DNA of 64,000 nt. Source: Candidatus Latescibacterota bacterium. Lineage in GTDB: Bacteria > Krumholzibacteriota > Krumholzibacteriia > WVZY01. The DNA is taken from assembly GCA_963791045.1 (NCBI GenBank), contig CAWBQK010000013.1:160001-224000 (forward strand), given 5' to 3'. Made by a program: the position numbers and the translations under genes. How positions within the stretch are numbered: position 1 is the first letter of the stretch; every line of letters starts with the position of its first letter. A model generated the notes under the pieces. It had not been told where the DNA came from. It ran no database searches and saw only the letters and a program-made list of their open reading frames with translations. This document shows, one piece after another, positions 60,299 through 64,000 of the stretch.

Positions 60299-61564
60299 AT
60301 GAAATTCAAACCACCAAAAGAAAGTGTGAAGGGCCGCTTTCTCCGATACGTCAAAATCGACACACAATCGAAGGAAGACGTCGAGAATTACCCGAGCACC
60401 GAGAAACAGTTTGATCTGTTGCGGCCGCTCGTCGAAGAGCTCAAAGAACTCGGTGTCGCCGACGCGGCCATAGACCAGTACGGCTATGTCACCGCCACGA
60501 TTCCATCGAATCTCTCACCGGAGGAATCAAAGGGGGTCGCCACCATCGGGTTTATCGCCCACGTCGACACATCTCCGGCAGTCAGCGGCAAGAACGTCAA
60601 ACCCATCGTCCACGAGAACTACCAGGGGGGCGACATTGTCCTTCCCGGAGATCCCGAACAGGTGATCCGGACGAACGAATATCCAAATCTGGAAAAACGG
60701 TACATGGGGATGGACATCATCACCGGCGACGGCACCACGCTTTTGGGCTCGGATGACAAATCCGGGGTCGCCGAAATAATGACGGCTGTCGACGTTCTCG
60801 CGCAGAATCCCGATATCAAGCACGGTCCAATAAAGATCGGTTTCACGCCCGATGAAGAAGTCGGAAACGGAACAAAATATTTTGACGTGAAGAAGTTCGG
60901 CGCCGATTTCGCGTATACAATGGACGGCGGCCCGCTTGGTGAAATCGAATTCGAGACGTTTAACGCGTTTGCCGCGACGGTCAAGATCAAGGGCGTCGGC
61001 GTTCACCCCGGTTACGCCAAGGACAAGCTGGTAAACGCGATAAGGGTATTCGCCGACATCATCGCGCGTCTCCCCAAGAATATGGCGCCCGAAACCACCG
61101 AGGGCCGGGAAGGGTACATTCATCCTTATGATTTCGATGGGCAGGCTGAGGAAGTCACCATCAAGATGCTCATCCGTGATTTCGATATGGATGGCGTCGA
61201 GGAAAAGAAAGTAATTATCGCGAACGCCGTCGACGAGGTCCGGGCGCTCTACCCGAAGGCCAAGATCGAACTCGAGTTCAAGGAGCAGTATCTCAACATG
61301 CGGTACCCGATCGAAAAAGAGCCGCGTGTGCTCGAATATGCCGAGGAAGCGATCCGGCGGACAGGCGTCGATCCTCACTTTACATTAATTCGCGGCGGCA
61401 CCGATGGTGCGCGGCTCACGTACGAGGATCTTCTTACGCCCAACTTGTTCGCGGGCGGCGAGGCGTTTCACAGCAAGATCGAGTGGGTTCCCGTTCAGGT
61501 GATGGAAAAATCGGTCGAGACGATCGTTAATCTCGCCGTCGTTTGGGCCGAGAACCCCGCTTAG
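60299..61564 (+). CDS. pepT: Peptidase T
   Basis: RFLRYVKIDTQS, AHVDT, LGSDDKSG, FTPDEEVG, RGGTDGA. Confidence 0.96.
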   Translation: MKFKPPKESVKGRFLRYVKIDTQSKEDVENYPSTEKQFDLLRPLVEELKELGVADAAIDQYGYVTATIPSNLSPEESKGVATIGFIAHVDTSPAVSGKNVKPIVHENYQGGDIVLPGDPEQVIRTNEYPNLEKRYMGMDIITGDGTTLLGSDDKSGVAEIMTAVDVLAQNPDIKHGPIKIGFTPDEEVGNGTKYFDVKKFGADFAYTMDGGPLGEIEFETFNAFAATVKIKGVGVHPGYAKDKLVNAIRVFADIIARLPKNMAPETTEGREGYIHPYDFDGQAEEVTIKMLIRDFDMDGVEEKKVIIANAVDEVRALYPKAKIELEFKEQYLNMRYPIEKEPRVLEYAEEAIRRTGVDPHFTLIRGGTDGARLTYEDLLTPNLFAGGEAFHSKIEWVPVQVMEKSVETIVNLAVVWAENPA

Positions 61565-61898
61565 TTTTCCGTGTGGGCGCGCGTTTGCCGACGTCGATCG
61601 ACTCGCGCGCCCATTCGGCCAACCGTTCGTCATCCTCGAGAATATCGACGGGGACCTCGAAGTAGTTCTTGAGCACCTGTCCGGGTGCGGGTGTGAACGG
61701 GCCCATGCCGAGCTCTTTGTAAGGCGGCGACGTGGCATCATCGGTTTTGAAGTAGAGCCGGCCTTCATCGACAATCGCGAAGAATATCTCCCCGCAATAG
61801 AGTCCGAAGGCGCCGAACATCCGCCGGCGCCGGATATCCTTGATCCGGTGCAGCTGATCGATCACGAAATCCACAAACGCATCGTCTTTCATTTTCAT
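61527..61898 (-). CDS. TfoX/Sxy N-terminal domain protein
   Basis: RRMFGAFGLY, FAIV..LYFK, YFEVP..LED. Confidence 0.85.
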   Translation of the reverse strand: MKMKDDAFVDFVIDQLHRIKDIRRRRMFGAFGLYCGEIFFAIVDEGRLYFKTDDATSPPYKELGMGPFTPAPGQVLKNYFEVPVDILEDDERLAEWARESIDVGKRAPTRKTKRGSRPKRRRD

Positions 61899-61971
61899 TT
61901 CCTTCTTCTCAATCCCCGGTACGGATCGGGCGATGCGGTCTTTCTCTGGCCCTCGCTCCGCTTGGATCAAC

Positions 61972-62150
61972 GGCGCGGGTACCTGTCACCGATTTCCCCA
62001 CGCGTGCTCGCTTACGCTTCGTGCGGTTGGCCATTCGCCGACAAGAGCAATTTGCACTGCCCCCGCAGATGCGCCAATAGGAGCGCTGAGGTCGCTCCCG
62101 CACTCCGCGACGCTGCGCCGCGGTGGGGGCGCATCGGCGCCACCCGCGCC
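61972..62150. repeat. Structured intergenic element, copy B (with expanded internal region)
   Basis: Terminal stem GGCGCGGGT/ACCCGCGCC; homologous ends to 23351-23434. Confidence 0.65.
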
Positions 62151-62425
62151 GACTCCTTGGCAGGGCAAGTGTATGATTTCAAATAAGGTGCGTCTGGTGG
62201 GATTTCCAGAAAAGGCTTGAAATCCCGGTATAATTGAGGCATAGTGATTCGGTATTGTGAAACTCATCACGACCGCTTCGGGCCCGGCAACAAGCCCCTG
62301 CCTCCAGACGCGGCCATCAATCTTAGCACGCTATAAAAATTGATTTTTGTCAACTTTTTGAATATATTGCCCGTGCTGATACTGTAACGATATCAAAATT
62401 ATAAGCCCAAATAAATGAGAAGGTT

Positions 62426-63874
62426 ATGAGCAGCGGCTCCGATCCAATTAGCAAAATCACCGATCAGGAATACCAGTACGGCTTTGTCACCGACGTCGAG
62501 CAGGAGAAAATCCCAAAAGGGCTCGATGAGGATGTCGTTCGCCTCATTTCGTCAAAGAAGGGCGAACCCGCTTGGCTGCTTGAATGGCGGCTTCAGGCGT
62601 ACCGGCACTGGTTGACACTGACGGAGCCGACTTGGCCCAAGGTCAATTACGCCAAGATCGACTATCAGGACATTCACTACTACGCGGCACCCAAATCAAA
62701 AGACGACGGCCCGAAAAGTCTCGACGAAGTCGACCCCGAGATCCGGAGTACTTTCGACAAGCTGGGGATTCCGCTGGAGGAACAGCTGGTCCTTGCCGGC
62801 GTCGCCGTCGATGCGGTCTTTGACAGCGTTTCCGTGGCAACGACATTTAAGGACAAGCTTGCCGAAAAAGGAATTATTTTCTGCGCGTTCTCGGACGCGG
62901 TTAAAAACCACCCCGACCTCGTCCGAGAGCACCTCGGTTCGGTGGTTCCCTACAGCGACAATTATTTCGCCGCATTGAACTCGGCTGTTTTTAGCGACGG
63001 GTCATTTTGTTTTATTCCAAAGGGCGTACGCTGCCCCATGGAGCTTTCGACCTACTTCCGGATCAACGCCGCGCAAACCGGCCAGTTCGAACGGACACTG
63101 ATCGTGGCGGAAGAAGGCGCGTACGTCAGCTACCTGGAAGGCTGCACGGCGCCGATGCGCGATGAAAACCAGCTTCACGCCGCAGTGGTCGAGATCGTCG
63201 CGCTCGACGACGCACAGGTCAAATATTCGACAGTCCAGAACTGGTATCCGGGGGACAAAGAAGGCAAGGGCGGCATCTATAATTTTGTCACCAAGCGCGG
63301 CCACTGCCGCGGAGCGCGTTCGAAAATCTCGTGGACCCAGGTCGAGACCGGCTCCGCCATCACGTGGAAATACCCAAGCTGCGTACTTCTCGGAGATGAG
63401 TCGGTCGGCGAATTCTACTCGGTCGCGATGACAAACAATTATCAACAAGCCGACACGGGGACCAAGATGATCCATGTCGGAAAAAACACGTCGAGCACAA
63501 TCGTCTCCAAGGGTATCTCGGCGGGGCGGGGTCAGAACAGTTATCGCGGACTCGTCCAGGTTCAGAAAAACGCCGCGAACGCCCGTAACTATACGCAATG
63601 CGACTCGATGCTCATCGGGGACAGGTGTGGAGCCCACACATTCCCGTACATCGAAGTCAAAAACACATCGTCGATGATTGAGCACGAAGCATCGACATCA
63701 AAGATCGGTGAGGACCAGATCTTTTACTGCCAGCAACGCGGAATGAAGGCTGAAGACGCGGTCAACATGATCGTAAACGGTTTTTGCAAAGAGGTTTTCC
63801 GTGAACTCCCGATGGAATTCGCGGTCGAAGCCCAGCGTCTTCTCGAAGTAAGTCTCGAAGGCAGTGTCGGTTAG
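62426..63874 (+). CDS. sufB: Fe-S cluster assembly scaffold
   Basis: [48 protein letters not shown]. Confidence 0.98.
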   Translation: MSSGSDPISKITDQEYQYGFVTDVEQEKIPKGLDEDVVRLISSKKGEPAWLLEWRLQAYRHWLTLTEPTWPKVNYAKIDYQDIHYYAAPKSKDDGPKSLDEVDPEIRSTFDKLGIPLEEQLVLAGVAVDAVFDSVSVATTFKDKLAEKGIIFCAFSDAVKNHPDLVREHLGSVVPYSDNYFAALNSAVFSDGSFCFIPKGVRCPMELSTYFRINAAQTGQFERTLIVAEEGAYVSYLEGCTAPMRDENQLHAAVVEIVALDDAQVKYSTVQNWYPGDKEGKGGIYNFVTKRGHCRGARSKISWTQVETGSAITWKYPSCVLLGDESVGEFYSVAMTNNYQQADTGTKMIHVGKNTSSTIVSKGISAGRGQNSYRGLVQVQKNAANARNYTQCDSMLIGDRCGAHTFPYIEVKNTSSMIEHEASTSKIGEDQIFYCQQRGMKAEDAVNMIVNGFCKEVFRELPMEFAVEAQRLLEVSLEGSVG

Positions 63875-63912
63875 ACTCCCGTTCATTCATATTCTAGAAG
63901 GACTAACTTGAA

Positions 63913-64000
63913 ATGATCGAGATCAAGGATCTGCACGCGAGTGTCGACGGCAAAGAAATTCTCAGGGGCGTCAATCTCAAGGTCAACGCCGGCGAAGTGC
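63913..64000 (+). CDS. sufC: Fe-S assembly ATPase, partial (runs off the window)
   Basis: MIEIKDLHASVDGKEILRGVNLKVNAGEV directly after sufB. Confidence 0.9.
   Translation, partial: MIEIKDLHASVDGKEILRGVNLKVNAGEV

Overview
GC-rich bacterial chromosomal window. Abundant secreted proteins ending in a YPNPFNP...KKMVLLK sorting-type domain suggest an FCB-superphylum lineage such as Krumholzibacteriota/Latescibacterota (inference). Content in order: two frameshifted M16 peptidases; a proline/sarcosine-dehydrogenase-like flavoenzyme operon; mscS; an 8-gene minus-strand arsenosugar-type cluster (TIGR04283-like GT, arsM, arsS, two further GT2s, a GT-C membrane protein, a UbiE/MenG-type methyltransferase, arsC); a prolyl oligopeptidase; a TPP-riboswitch thi operon; fpr and fadD; a tandem array of four ~1070-1090-aa Cys/Trp-rich secreted paralogs; then housekeeping genes (NlpC/P60, XRE operon, polyprenyl synthase, tkt, SPS-like GT4, cyclophilin, ligA, DPP-III, pepT, sufBC). 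The standout is a ~430-nt non-coding leader duplicated in front of paralogs 2 and 3. It has its own sigma70 promoter, many stems with compensatory base changes between the two copies, candidate pseudoknots, and a decoy-SD/anti-SD/true-SD layout. It looks like a large structured cis-regulatory RNA that I cannot assign to a known family. A second, smaller covarying hairpin element occurs twice, about 38.6 kb apart. Frameshifts cluster at 1-4.3 kb, ~12 kb and 36.8-39.9 kb and are probably long-read assembly errors.
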